This document shows positions 1 to 9,569 of a stretch of DNA of 62,095 nucleotides, piece by piece; within the stretch, counting starts at the first letter, position 1, and every line of letters begins with the position of its first letter. A program made the position numbers and the translations under genes. The stretch lies in IMG/VR virus record IMGVR_UViG_3300005747_000076, positions 1 to 62,095 of that record. One strand, 5' to 3'. The stretch comes from a virus. Taxonomy: Duplodnaviria > Caudoviricetes. The notes under the pieces are model-generated. The model was not told where the DNA came from, searched no databases, and saw only the letters and a list, made by a program, of their open reading frames with translations.

Positions 1-578
1 CGTGTTTTTTGTCTTACACCAGGACTTCCTGTTGTTAAATCATCTTCCAAGTCGTCAATAACTACGACGTCAACGTGTGCACCAGTTATTTTACCTCCAC
101 TACCAATTGCTTCCAATGTTGGGTCAACCGAAGCACCGTCTCTTTTAACGTATAATTGTGTTGAAGTCCATTTAGTATCTGGCCCCTGAAAAGGAGGTAT
201 ATCATCACCGTTTGCCCAATCTTCTTTTATTTTCGGGCTTTCTAGGAATTGTTTTATTAATCTAACACGTTTCTCTGCTTGGCCTGCAGATGCGCTTATA
301 AAGAGTATTGATATATTTCTATTTAAACATATCTGCCTCACACAGTATGAAATAGCTAACAAACTTTTGCCATGCCCTCTCGGAGCCAGAACTAAGAGTT
401 TTTTCTTATCATTTGTTTCTTTAGCTTGATGGTGTAATTCTTCTACTGTGTTTAACCAATTATTTCTATGTTCAGCAGCTTGCATTGATAAATAATAACT
501 ATCAAAGAAAACGGGAGACGCAATACTTAATGCTCTTCTTCCTTCTCTTGTCGCAACTAATTCATGTATATTATTCAT
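1..578 (-). CDS. terL: Terminase large subunit, N-terminal ATPase half (runs off the window start, continues at 62095)
   Basis: Not in the ORF track. Manual translation from ATG 578 gives MNNIHEL...LLVLAPRGHGKS (Walker A)...ITGAHVDVVVIDDLED (Walker B)...GVRQKT. Confidence 0.93.
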   Translation of the reverse strand, partial: MNNIHELVATREGRRALSIASPVFFDSYYLSMQAAEHRNNWLNTVEELHHQAKETNDKKKLLVLAPRGHGKSLLAISYCVRQICLNRNISILFISASAGQAEKRVRLIKQFLESPKIKEDWANGDDIPPFQGPDTKWTSTQLYVKRDGASVDPTLEAIGSGGKITGAHVDVVVIDDLEDDLTTGSPGVRQKT

Positions 579-1365
579 GTTTAATCTTTTCTATAAAGTC
601 TAATTCCTGTTCAGTTAAATCAAATTTCATGCATACACGTAATTCACTAGTTTTCTCTTTAAATGAAATAACAGGTGTTTTACTGAAAGGGATTGTATTG
701 CTTCGTTTAATTACTATTAATGTCGCTTTTACAACGTCCATATTTAAATAATTTACAAAGTTATTACATTCTTCTAATGTTTCAAACCAAAATCTGTTTT
801 TATCTGTCTTAGATATTTTAGAAGCAACGATATTTATTTTACCAAAAGAATAAAATTCATCATCACTTTCAGTTTTTTTATTAAGCTCAACAACATAACC
901 TTCTTCTTTATACTCATCACCCATTAACAATGATGCTAAAGATTTATTTTCTCTAATATAGTTAAATCTACTATACAACATGCCGTATCCTAGATCTCCC
1001 TCGTATAAATCTGGCTTTGTTTTTGGAAAAGTTAATTTCATTGAGCCAAAATTAATGTTATGGCCAGTTAAGTCATTTGAATAGTTATATATTTCATCAT
1101 TATCACTTAATAAAGTCCAACCTGTTAAATCTTGGGGTCTTCTGTTTAATACTTTAATATGATTTAGTTTCTTTTTAAAAGAATTAATAGTTTCTTTATT
1201 CTCGTCTTTTTTAGTTTGGTCAATAAATGATGTAATAGGATGAGCAGTTAAAACGCATTCTGCATTTTCTTGTGCTTGTGTTATATAGTCAATCCAATTT
1301 TTTTCATGACTTAGATTACTGATAATTGTGTTAAACATAAATTTACCTTTTTTTGATTTGTTCAT
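571..1365 (-). CDS. Hypothetical protein
   Basis: 264-aa ORF whose stop overlaps the terL start; no recognisable motif. Confidence 0.8.
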   Translation of the reverse strand: MNKSKKGKFMFNTIISNLSHEKNWIDYITQAQENAECVLTAHPITSFIDQTKKDENKETINSFKKKLNHIKVLNRRPQDLTGWTLLSDNDEIYNYSNDLTGHNINFGSMKLTFPKTKPDLYEGDLGYGMLYSRFNYIRENKSLASLLMGDEYKEEGYVVELNKKTESDDEFYSFGKINIVASKISKTDKNRFWFETLEECNNFVNYLNMDVVKATLIVIKRSNTIPFSKTPVISFKEKTSELRVCMKFDLTEQELDFIEKIKHE

Positions 1366-1413
1366 ATACTTATTATATATATATTACGTGAATGTTTAAA
1401 CTGGATAAATAAA

Positions 1414-1686
1414 ATGAGTATACTTTATGATATTGGCGACACTGTGTGGTATTATGATTTTTATGGTGGCTGTGCAGGAATTGGTATAGTTATAGATCAT
1501 GAATTTGATCATAAAAAAACTTCTAAAACATCCCTTTCAGTTACTTACAAGATTTGGGACGCTCATACAGAAGTTTTATTAGGAGGATATGAAAATCCTA
1601 GTTTTATAAACATGAGAGCTTGTGATCTAGCTCCTTTATCTTGTTATAACAACAAAGAAGAATTTATAAAAAGCAGAGTAAATTAA
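1414..1686 (+). CDS. Small hypothetical protein, SH3/KOW-like pattern
   Basis: YDIGDTVW...GIGIVID pattern shared with other small ORFs here. Confidence 0.7.
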   Translation: MSILYDIGDTVWYYDFYGGCAGIGIVIDHEFDHKKTSKTSLSVTYKIWDAHTEVLLGGYENPSFINMRACDLAPLSCYNNKEEFIKSRVN

Positions 1687-1732
1687 AAGTTTTTTTGTGT
1701 CTCCTATAATTATATTTAAAGGGGGACTTAAC

Positions 1733-1954
1733 ATGAAATATAAAATAGGAGAAATTATACCGATTTTAATAGATGATAAAATTCAATATTCTATAATTGT
1801 TTCTTATTACAATGAAAACTGGATTATACAGAAAGATCTAGCAATTAGAATTTATGAAGTTCTATGTAATAGTCAATTAATATTGGTTGACGAAAGCTGT
1901 ATATACAATGGAATAGCAAAAGAAAAGAGTTTAAATGAAATACAAAGAAATTGA
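1733..1954 (+). CDS. Small hypothetical protein, SH3/KOW-like pattern
   Basis: Start moved to ATG 1733 after GGGGGA; MKYKIGEII...IYEVLCNSQ. Confidence 0.7.
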   Translation: MKYKIGEIIPILIDDKIQYSIIVSYYNENWIIQKDLAIRIYEVLCNSQLILVDESCIYNGIAKEKSLNEIQRN

Positions 1955-2327
1955 CGGATTTAAAATACCTTTAGGTGTGTGGGAAGAAATTAAAGATACA
2001 TATGTTAATATACCTACTGAATGGGAAATAAAATTAGCAGAAGAGGCATTAAATATTGCAAGAAACTCTGTTAAGCTTATAGATGAAACTATTAATGAAA
2101 AAGATTATACACCTTCAGCAAGCAGTGATGATATGTGGAATGTAGCACATCAATATGCTAATGATAAATTAATACAACAAGCTATATATAACGATGAAAT
2201 TCTAACTGAAAAATTAATTGAAATATTAACAGGAATTAACAGCAGAAAAAAAGAAAACGAAGTATTAATAATAATCTTTAAAACTTTTGATTTAATTACA
2301 GAATGTGAAAGGATGATGTATCATTGA
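1935..2327 (+). CDS. Hypothetical protein
   Basis: 130-aa ORF in an overlapping operon. Confidence 0.75.
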   Translation: MKYKEIDGFKIPLGVWEEIKDTYVNIPTEWEIKLAEEALNIARNSVKLIDETINEKDYTPSASSDDMWNVAHQYANDKLIQQAIYNDEILTEKLIEILTGINSRKKENEVLIIIFKTFDLITECERMMYH

Positions 2328-2647
2328 AAAACAAATATGCAAGTAAACTAACTGAACAAATGTTGTTTGAAATTAAACAGCAAGAAGAAAATATAACTAG
2401 ATTAGCCCAAGATCAAGCTAGGACTGAAAGACAATTGGAAGAAATGTGGAATTTTTGGGTTCAAGTCCAAACTAAACTAGGTATGGATGAACATTTAGCA
2501 CCAACACCTCAAAAACAAGAAATTAGGTGTGATGATTGTCATACATTAACAGATAATTATCATATTATCTTAAGCAAATATCATTATCTAAGGTCAATTA
2601 AATGTCCTGATTGTATAACTGATGAGGAGTTAAAGGATGTTAAATAG
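2324..2647 (+). CDS. Coiled-coil protein with C4 zinc ribbon
   Basis: CDDC...CPDC; TTG start overlaps the upstream stop; GAAAGGA upstream. Confidence 0.7.
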   Translation: MKNKYASKLTEQMLFEIKQQEENITRLAQDQARTERQLEEMWNFWVQVQTKLGMDEHLAPTPQKQEIRCDDCHTLTDNYHIILSKYHYLRSIKCPDCITDEELKDVK

Positions 2648-2649
2648 GA

Positions 2650-2859
2650 TTATGTGTATATAGGTCTTCCTGCACTAAACATCCATATAGGCATATTTTC
2701 TATTCCCTGTTCAGTAAAACATTTATAAACATTAACTTCGGTTCCACGTCCGGCAAATTCTCTAGTATTAGTTTCAATAATTAATACTATTTTTTTGTAT
2801 CTTCCACTTGCTCCCCACATTTCCAATTCCCATAAATCGCCGCTTTTAGGTTTATTCAT
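2650..2859 (-). CDS. Small hypothetical protein, SH3/KOW-like pattern
   Basis: PKSGDLW...IVLIIE...VYKCF. Confidence 0.7.
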   Translation of the reverse strand: MNKPKSGDLWELEMWGASGRYKKIVLIIETNTREFAGRGTEVNVYKCFTEQGIENMPIWMFSAGRPIYT

Positions 2860-3306
2860 TTAAATATCCAGTATGTTAAAGCCAAATTCCATATCAACCT
2901 TCTCAATTTCAGGCTTTCCTTTAATCCCCTTAATAATCGTGCTAGACTTATCCTTAGTTCCAACCAAATTAATTAAAAACTCATAACCTTCAGCTAATGT
3001 CATAGTAATAGGATTTTCATTGTTTCCACCAGCAATATTGAGACTAACTGTATTTGCACGTTTTCTACATCCAGGTGTTATAACAATAACATTATTATCA
3101 GCTGCATCCATGTATTTTTCATTAACCAGATTTTTACAGAATTGATTGAAAAGATTTTCATTATTATCTTTATTAAAAATAAAACGGGGTGTTTCTGCAA
3201 TTAAGCTAGATACCTCATTAAATATATTATCATTATCTGCTTTCATAACTTTTAATTGTTCTTGTAAAGCTTTGATCTCGTTTTCAATCTCGTTAATTGA
3301 TTTCAT
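2860..3306 (-). CDS. Hypothetical protein
   Basis: 148 aa, AAGGA RBS, N-terminal coiled coil. Confidence 0.8.
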   Translation of the reverse strand: MKSINEIENEIKALQEQLKVMKADNDNIFNEVSSLIAETPRFIFNKDNNENLFNQFCKNLVNEKYMDAADNNVIVITPGCRKRANTVSLNIAGGNNENPITMTLAEGYEFLINLVGTKDKSSTIIKGIKGKPEIEKVDMEFGFNILDI

Positions 3307-3464
3307 GTTTTTTGTTTCCTTGTTTTGATGTATATATTAAATATAACACAAAAACCGAATAAATACACTATTTTTTAAAAAAAATTAAAATTTGTAATGT
3401 AGCGCCAATATATATAATATACTAATATAATAGCATTGCGTCAATAAAAAAAGGAGAAAAATAT

Positions 3465-3926
3465 ATGCATAGCTTTGAAACACTCCAGATAAAAAACTGG
3501 AGCAGAGTAACTATTAAAGTAGTTAAAGGCTCAAAGATTACTAAGAAATGGGCAAGAGAAATACGTAAAATGCACAAAGAAAACAATATTGCAGGATTAC
3601 CAAAACATTCTTTTAATGGTGATAAACTTGAAATATGGGGTGTATGGTATTATTTATGGGAAATGTGCAGAAATAAATCATTAAATGGTGAACATAATAT
3701 CCAAACTTTTTATGTTCCTCACAATAATTTAGAGCATATAGATAAAATACCAAAAACTTTCTATTCAGCAAACGTAGAGTGGCAAGTTGTAATAGAAGCT
3801 AATAAAATAAGAAAATTATCTCCAGATCATCATGAGCTTATTCCAATGCTAACTTGGAAAGATAATAAATGGGTGCCATATCACTCACTTAACTGCAGCG
3901 TTGCTAGAAAAGCTTTGATGTTTTAG
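3465..3926 (+). CDS. Hypothetical protein
   Basis: AAGGAG RBS; 153 aa. Confidence 0.8.
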   Translation: MHSFETLQIKNWSRVTIKVVKGSKITKKWAREIRKMHKENNIAGLPKHSFNGDKLEIWGVWYYLWEMCRNKSLNGEHNIQTFYVPHNNLEHIDKIPKTFYSANVEWQVVIEANKIRKLSPDHHELIPMLTWKDNKWVPYHSLNCSVARKALMF

Positions 3927-3946
3927 ATTTAAAGATAAACAAACAT

Positions 3947-3968
3947 AAAAAAAGGCCAGTTAAGGCCT
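3947..3968 (-). terminator. Intrinsic terminator
   Basis: AGGCC/GGCCT stem followed by U7 on the minus strand, between convergent genes. Confidence 0.6.
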
Positions 3969-3997
3969 AAATTTACAATTAAAAATTAAATTATTTA

Positions 3998-4267
3998 TTA
4001 ATCTATCAGCTCGCCTTTTTCATTTAAATACGAAGCTTGGCAATCCCATAGTATTATATTTTCAACTGAAACTGTATGAGGTTTGCCATTTGTTAATAAT
4101 TCCCAAATCATTCCGCCTCTTTTACTATCATATGATTGGCTAACAAATATAGAAACATTAGGTTTAATATCTTTCTTACGTCTATCTTTGCTTTTAATCC
4201 AGTATAATAATTCACCGCCACGGCATTGGAAAATAATATCTTGCATTTTCTTCTTTTTAAATGTCAT
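3998..4267 (-). CDS. Small hypothetical protein
   Basis: Directly follows the polymerase-like gene; GELLYW...IWELLTNGK resembles the small-ORF family. Confidence 0.7.
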   Translation of the reverse strand: MTFKKKKMQDIIFQCRGGELLYWIKSKDRRKKDIKPNVSIFVSQSYDSKRGGMIWELLTNGKPHTVSVENIILWDCQASYLNEKGELID

Positions 4268-4268
4268 C

Positions 4269-5279
4269 TTAAATTTCTTTCACTGTAATTGGGTATTGGT
4301 TATTATTATATATTACTGAATTTGTGTTAACCTTGTTTTTTGTAATAATTCCATCATGGATATTAAGAACTGTATCATTGTTAGTTAATTGGCCAATAAT
4401 TTGTTGCTCGATGTATGTGAAGTATTTGTGAGGAGTATTAATTTCTACATCTTTTCCATTGTGTTGAACTGATGTGTATTTCTGTTTTACTCTTCTTTCA
4501 ATTTCAATGTGTAATTTATCAAACCATTGGACGCCAAAAAAGTTTTTCTTAGTTGTTGTTAAGTAGCAACGATACCTTTTAGCTTCTTCTTCATTACATT
4601 TAAAATCATTCATAATCCTGTCAATTAAAACGTCCTTATTATCAGGATGTAGCGCCCATGCCATTTCTAAATTACATTCATTCATGTTTAATTCATTAAA
4701 AGCAATAGTTGTGTGAGCAGATTTTAGATCAACGTCATAGCAACCTTGAAAGAGTTTATTGCGTAGTGATTTAGGAAGCAACTGAAAAGGATTATATTTA
4801 CGGAATGGGCTAGCATGTGTTGATGTGTAATAATCTTGGAAAGGTTTATCGGTCCATTCTTCCCATTTTTCAGTTAATAAATCTTTATTTTCTAGATCTG
4901 TTGTTGAATGTGAATAACCTTTAATAATTTCTTGGGGTATTACTAAATCACTAGCATCGTCCAATAACTGTTGAAATCCAGGAGTAAAGTTTTTAATAAC
5001 TCTACATTTGCCTTTCACCCATTCCCATTCATTACTAACAAATTCAATTGCATAACTAAAAACTTTTTGGTATGTTGTTCTATGAATTCCCATGTTCTGT
5101 AAATGAGTTGTGCTTACAAACATTTCACAATCATCATCCATGTTTTTATGCATATCTGCTACGTGTTTAATAGCATAGAATGTATCAACTGCTTGTGTCT
5201 TAGGTCTTCTAGTATAATTTCCTAATTCCTTCAGTCTAAATCTTAATTCGTTTTCGTTAGTAATTTTCATAGTCCCCAC
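4269..5279 (-). CDS. Minimal PolA/T7-RNAP superfamily polymerase (TV-Pol-like), no exonuclease or helicase domain
   Basis: RKYNPFQLLPKSLR (motif 2-like), YDVDLKSAH (motif A Asp), EEAKRY (motif B Lys), YFTYIE, LNIHDGII (motif C) in the correct order. Confidence 0.78.
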   Translation of the reverse strand: MGTMKITNENELRFRLKELGNYTRRPKTQAVDTFYAIKHVADMHKNMDDDCEMFVSTTHLQNMGIHRTTYQKVFSYAIEFVSNEWEWVKGKCRVIKNFTPGFQQLLDDASDLVIPQEIIKGYSHSTTDLENKDLLTEKWEEWTDKPFQDYYTSTHASPFRKYNPFQLLPKSLRNKLFQGCYDVDLKSAHTTIAFNELNMNECNLEMAWALHPDNKDVLIDRIMNDFKCNEEEAKRYRCYLTTTKKNFFGVQWFDKLHIEIERRVKQKYTSVQHNGKDVEINTPHKYFTYIEQQIIGQLTNNDTVLNIHDGIITKNKVNTNSVIYNNNQYPITVKEI

Positions 5280-5401
5280 TATTCTTAATCTATATTAATA
5301 TATATTAGGCAACAAGCCAAAAAACCAAATTTTTATAAAAAAATATTAATTAATTTTGGTTCCTGTATAGATTATATGAATTCGGGTCAAAATGTATACA
5401 T

Positions 5402-5806
5402 TTAAAATTCAAAAACATAAAAATTACATGGTCCTGAAATGATGTATGTTTGATCATAGTCGTCCCAGCTCCAATGACATGTTTTATAGCTTTCTTTGTA
5501 ATATGTGTAATAAACCTTTGCGTTAATACAGTGAGGACCTCTGCATGGATTATAAACATAATAATCAATTCTTTCTATCCAGCCTTTTTCATTTAAAAAG
5601 CACTGATGAATTCTTATATAGTGTGTATTAGGTCCTACTTCTTCTCCCCCTACTAAGCCAGGGTTTGGGCATATATCTGTAATTCTTTCTTCATGTATTT
5701 TATTAATAGATATCTGTTTATCTTCTGTTTTAATTTCATTACTGCAGCCTATTGGATATATGAGAAAAGCATAAAGATTTAACAGAAGTAAAACAGAATA
5801 TCTCAT
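5402..5806 (-). CDS. Cys-containing secreted protein or lipoprotein
   Basis: Hydrophobic N-terminus ending YPIGC; several further Cys. Confidence 0.7.
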   Translation of the reverse strand: MRYSVLLLLNLYAFLIYPIGCSNEIKTEDKQISINKIHEERITDICPNPGLVGGEEVGPNTHYIRIHQCFLNEKGWIERIDYYVYNPCRGPHCINAKVYYTYYKESYKTCHWSWDDYDQTYIISGPCNFYVFEF

Positions 5807-5809
5807 TTC

Positions 5810-6274
5810 TTATTCTCTATATTGTTCTTCCCAATCCCATAAATTATTTAACTGATAATTATAAACGAATTCATGGTGTTTCTCCAAATGAGAAGCAATT
5901 AAAACATGCGTTCCTAATACAAATGCGTCAAATGTGTTTAGGTAAATATTTACTAATTTCATAGTATCATCGTCTACTGGGAAAAACTCTGTATTTTCAT
6001 ATACAATATTATCATTACTACATTTTAATTGAGGTAATTTTCCATCCCATTCAACGTCTAATTCATTACTAACTTGATCATAAATCCAGTCTAACTCACT
6101 AGATGCTAATCTGTCAATGCCTATCTTAGTAAAATAAGGATCTTTACTAACATCATTCATTAATTCAGTATTTCCAACCCAATTTCCCCAAACAGTTATA
6201 CCTAAATTATTTAAATATTCATTTATATTTTCTCGCATTGGATGATGTAATGTATCATAAAACTCTATTTCCAT
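5810..6274 (-). CDS. Hypothetical acidic protein
   Basis: 154 aa, tight operon spacing. Confidence 0.8.
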   Translation of the reverse strand: MEIEFYDTLHHPMRENINEYLNNLGITVWGNWVGNTELMNDVSKDPYFTKIGIDRLASSELDWIYDQVSNELDVEWDGKLPQLKCSNDNIVYENTEFFPVDDDTMKLVNIYLNTFDAFVLGTHVLIASHLEKHHEFVYNYQLNNLWDWEEQYRE

Positions 6275-6287
6275 TGTTTAAACACCT

Positions 6288-6563
6288 TTATTTCTTATGT
6301 GTTTTACTTGCAGTTGACGAAGCTAATGATGTTGCAGATACAGCGCTTCCTAAAGGTCTACCCTTAGCATCAGTCGTGCCATATCCATCTCTAAACCAAC
6401 ACCCGCCTTTTAAATGAAATGAAGGAACTGAAATACATTTTGTTGTAATTGTTTCACAAAACGGACAAGGAATTTCTTTATCATATTCACTCATCGGTCG
6501 TTTATCCTCAAATACTTCCATTTCACATTCTTCATTATTACATTTATGATTGTAAATAGCCAT
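6288..6563 (-). CDS. FmdB-family zinc-ribbon protein
   Basis: MAIYNHKC..EC..VFE...CPFC...ISVPSFHLKGGCWFRDGY signature. Confidence 0.88.
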   Translation of the reverse strand: MAIYNHKCNNEECEMEVFEDKRPMSEYDKEIPCPFCETITTKCISVPSFHLKGGCWFRDGYGTTDAKGRPLGSAVSATSLASSTASKTHKK

Positions 6564-6654
6564 TATATTAACCTACAAACAATCTAACCCATGTATCTAG
6601 AGTCATTTCTTTATTCTTGTTATTCATATTAAGCTCTCCTTTATAAATTATTTA

Positions 6655-6882
6655 TTAATCAACTAACTCAACGTCGTCTTCTTCTTTTAACATCATTTCC
6701 AAATCTTCACGCCCAAGGTAATAGTCGCCGCTGTCCAAAATGTATACGCCTTCAGGAAGTAATTTCTCTAATTCCATGATTTTAGTATAAACTTCTTCCC
6801 AACTTACTTTGCCGTTTTTAACTGCCATGTCAATATTAAATGAAACTTGAATGTTAAGTGTTTTATTAATTGAGTTGCTCAT
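6655..6882 (-). CDS. Hypothetical protein
   Basis: GAAAGGA RBS and its own AT-rich promoter-like region. Confidence 0.8.
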   Translation of the reverse strand: MSNSINKTLNIQVSFNIDMAVKNGKVSWEEVYTKIMELEKLLPEGVYILDSGDYYLGREDLEMMLKEEDDVELVD

Positions 6883-6971
6883 AATTTAATTTCCTTTCGG
6901 TGTTTTGTTGTATATAGTAATTATATACTAAAACATAAAAATGTATAAATATTTTTAAAAAAAATTGAAAA

Positions 6972-7187
6972 TTACACACATGTATACTTATAACACTTTT
7001 TTCCGTCAATTATCTTTATAGACCTTTTAACAGTGATTAACTGAATATTATCTAATACTGTTGGGAATTGACTCCGAGGACGCCAACTATATTCATTACC
7101 CCATACTTCAAATACAAATGGACTTATTTTAATTTTTATCTTTGACCCAATTAAATCACTATCAATTACAATATGGATCCAAGACAT
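6972..7187 (-). CDS. Hypothetical protein
   Basis: 71 aa, operon spacing. Confidence 0.65.
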   Translation of the reverse strand: MSWIHIVIDSDLIGSKIKIKISPFVFEVWGNEYSWRPRSQFPTVLDNIQLITVKRSIKIIDGKKCYKYTCV

Positions 7188-7191
7188 AATA

Positions 7192-7383
7192 TTACTCAGT
7201 TAAGTATTTATCTTTGTATTTTACTTTCCAACCACATGCTTCTGCAATCATTAACGTCGCTTCCAAATCTTCAGGTAAACCTATATAGTGTATAACTGAT
7301 TGGTCGTTTTCTGTAATTACTTCAACTGTTGTTGGTGTCTTTATCTTTATTTGTATCTTCGCCATTGCTATTTTCTTCTTCAT
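7192..7383 (-). CDS. Hypothetical protein
   Basis: 63 aa, overlaps the end of the upstream gene. Confidence 0.6.
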   Translation of the reverse strand: MKKKIAMAKIQIKIKTPTTVEVITENDQSVIHYIGLPEDLEATLMIAEACGWKVKYKDKYLTE

Positions 7384-8071
7384 TTTCTTCTTCTACGCTT
7401 TCTAATGAAGGCAGCATTTTTGTTGCTAGTGTATCACCTAATTCTTTTAATGCATTAACACTTACTCCTAGCTTTGCAGCTGCCTGAACTTGTATTTGCT
7501 TTGTATCAATATTTTGCGTCTCAATCTGGCCAACTGCCAATGTAATTTGTTCAGCACCTACTAATCTACTTCGCCTTTGATTAGTATCTCCTATAATTTT
7601 TAAATACTGAGGAACTTCTTTAGCTAACGGATCCATTTGTATTAATTGCCAACAAAAATCTGCAATTCTTTCATTTTCACCGTATAACTGTTCTCTTCTA
7701 ACGTTTACCTTTCCAGGAGTTAAATCAGTTTGCCACTCTTCACGTATTTCATTAATAAACTTATTAGCAGTAACATGTGTTAATCCGCATATATCTCCTA
7801 TCTTTCTGCTACTCTTAACTCCCCTTACTAATAGTGTTTCTACTACGTTTTTCCATCTTTCTTTATCTCCCTTACTGAATGGGCCTTTAGTTTGACTAGG
7901 AACTTCGCAGTCTCTTATAAAATTATGCACTTTATCAGGATGTTGCAGTGGTGAGACATAATCTTCAGGTCTTATAATTTCAGTTTTATCTACTTTAGCT
8001 ACCTTACTCACTTGTTCTATGAGTTTTTTATCAGTTTCTAAAGTTTCATTTATCTTTATTTTCTCTTGCAT
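7322..8071 (-). CDS. HTH protein, candidate terminase small subunit
   Basis: GVKSSRKIGDICGLTHVTANKFINEIR HTH followed by a helical region ending RRSRLVG; function is inference. Confidence 0.5.
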   Translation of the reverse strand: MQEKIKINETLETDKKLIEQVSKVAKVDKTEIIRPEDYVSPLQHPDKVHNFIRDCEVPSQTKGPFSKGDKERWKNVVETLLVRGVKSSRKIGDICGLTHVTANKFINEIREEWQTDLTPGKVNVRREQLYGENERIADFCWQLIQMDPLAKEVPQYLKIIGDTNQRRSRLVGAEQITLAVGQIETQNIDTKQIQVQAAAKLGVSVNALKELGDTLATKMLPSLESVEEENEEENSNGEDTNKDKDTNNS

Positions 8072-8226
8072 TATCTCGTCCTCTTATTTAAATATATGTG
8101 GTCTTTTCAAAATATTATAATAAGTGTAAAATAATTTGACTCTTTTTAAAGTTATAACTTTTATTTTATATAGCTTGCTATATAAAGAGCCTAGAGATGA
8201 AAGTTTACAGGGCACGAATTGTAAAC

Positions 8227-8257
8227 AAAAAAAATCCTTGGTTTTTAGGCCAAGGAT
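8227..8257 (-). terminator. Intrinsic terminator
   Basis: ATCCTTGG/CCAAGGAT stem plus U-tract on the minus strand. Confidence 0.8.
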
Positions 8258-8317
8258 CCAAAAGCTGAGTAGTTTTGATACGAAAGGAATAGCTGGGGAA
8301 GCTATGATTAGATTATA

Positions 8318-9226
8318 TTAAGCAGTAGCAATTTGTTTAAATCTTTTTTTCATTTTATTGTGCTTCCAAGATTTATCAATAATGGCTCCTTCCATGCGGG
8401 GAGGTCTTCCTGGTATAAAGCCTTGTGTGATATAGTGCATTACATTTTTAGTATCACTGCTTATTTGTTTCCAGTTCTGGCCTCTTCTATATACTGATTG
8501 ATTAGGAATATGAACCCATAGTTTTGTGCTTTTAACTTTCCATTCTCTATTAAGATACTGAATAAGATTTGCTGTAGGAACATCTATTTCATTATATTTT
8601 TCTTCTTTATCTAGCTTCCACAATTTTACTGTTTTGTTCTTCTCAACAATTGATTTTAGTGTTCCGTTGTTCCAGTGTGAGTTGAGTATATCTGTTGGGC
8701 TTAGGCCTTCTTTAAAGTTATCCCATGTTCCTAGAATTCTGTTAAAGGCCTGAATATTACATTTGAATGTTTTGTTTGTATCCTTACAGTGGAAATATTT
8801 AGAAGGCTCTGAAAAGTGATCTACGCCGCCAACTGCCATATTGTATGTATCTGCATTTAATAAATATGTTTCATCAACAATTTGTCTTTCAGCAATTTCT
8901 GTTTCTTCTTTAGTATCATAAAACGCCATAATATGCTGTTCAAAGTTTTTAATTCCTTTCTGAGCAATCATATAACGAAGTAGAGTTCCGCTTCCAACAT
9001 ATTTTTTAAATTTAGAAATTGATCCTGTATTAATCTTACCCCAGTATTCAAAGCCGTTTGTATTATCAACCAGTTTATATATACAGTGAATTTTTGCGTC
9101 TGCCTTAAGGTTATTATCAAACAACGCCTCAATTGTGTCGCCACATAATGCTCTGTTATTCCAGTATTTTGCGATGTTGTTTGATGATGAACCGAATAGA
9201 ATTTTATTTGTTTTAGATGTCTTCAT
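8318..9226 (-). CDS. Free-standing GIY-YIG (Seg-like) homing endonuclease
   Basis: CIYKLVD...EYWGK...YVGSG...KNF...E...YNMAVGG; start placed at ATG 9226 after AAGGAG. Confidence 0.85.
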   Translation of the reverse strand: MKTSKTNKILFGSSSNNIAKYWNNRALCGDTIEALFDNNLKADAKIHCIYKLVDNTNGFEYWGKINTGSISKFKKYVGSGTLLRYMIAQKGIKNFEQHIMAFYDTKEETEIAERQIVDETYLLNADTYNMAVGGVDHFSEPSKYFHCKDTNKTFKCNIQAFNRILGTWDNFKEGLSPTDILNSHWNNGTLKSIVEKNKTVKLWKLDKEEKYNEIDVPTANLIQYLNREWKVKSTKLWVHIPNQSVYRRGQNWKQISSDTKNVMHYITQGFIPGRPPRMEGAIIDKSWKHNKMKKRFKQIATA

Positions 9227-9353
9227 GTTTTTTCTCCTTAGAACCAATGTTTGTTTTCTTCTTGTTATTTTTTTTGGTTCCTATATCTATATATACTGTT
9301 AATATAGAAAGTTGAAGAAAAAAGTAAATTTTTTTTAAAATATTTTTTTAGTA

Positions 9354-9569
9354 TTAATTTTTGATTACTTTTTCAACATGTTGTGAAGATGTTTTGTATA
9401 TTGTATTGTCAGAGAGAATTGTAAAGAGTAGTAATTCATAGTCATGATCTTCTTCTATGTCAACTACTATTCCTACTCCTTCATGTGTGTCTTCAAAATC
9501 CCCTGTTAAAGCTACAAATGATACTAGATCTTTTAATTGTACGTTGTTTTTATTTTCATATTCATGCAT
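9354..9569 (-). CDS. Small hypothetical protein, SH3/KOW-like pattern
   Basis: LKDLVSF...GVGIVVDI...FTILSDN. Confidence 0.7.
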   Translation of the reverse strand: MHEYENKNNVQLKDLVSFVALTGDFEDTHEGVGIVVDIEEDHDYELLLFTILSDNTIYKTSSQHVEKVIKN

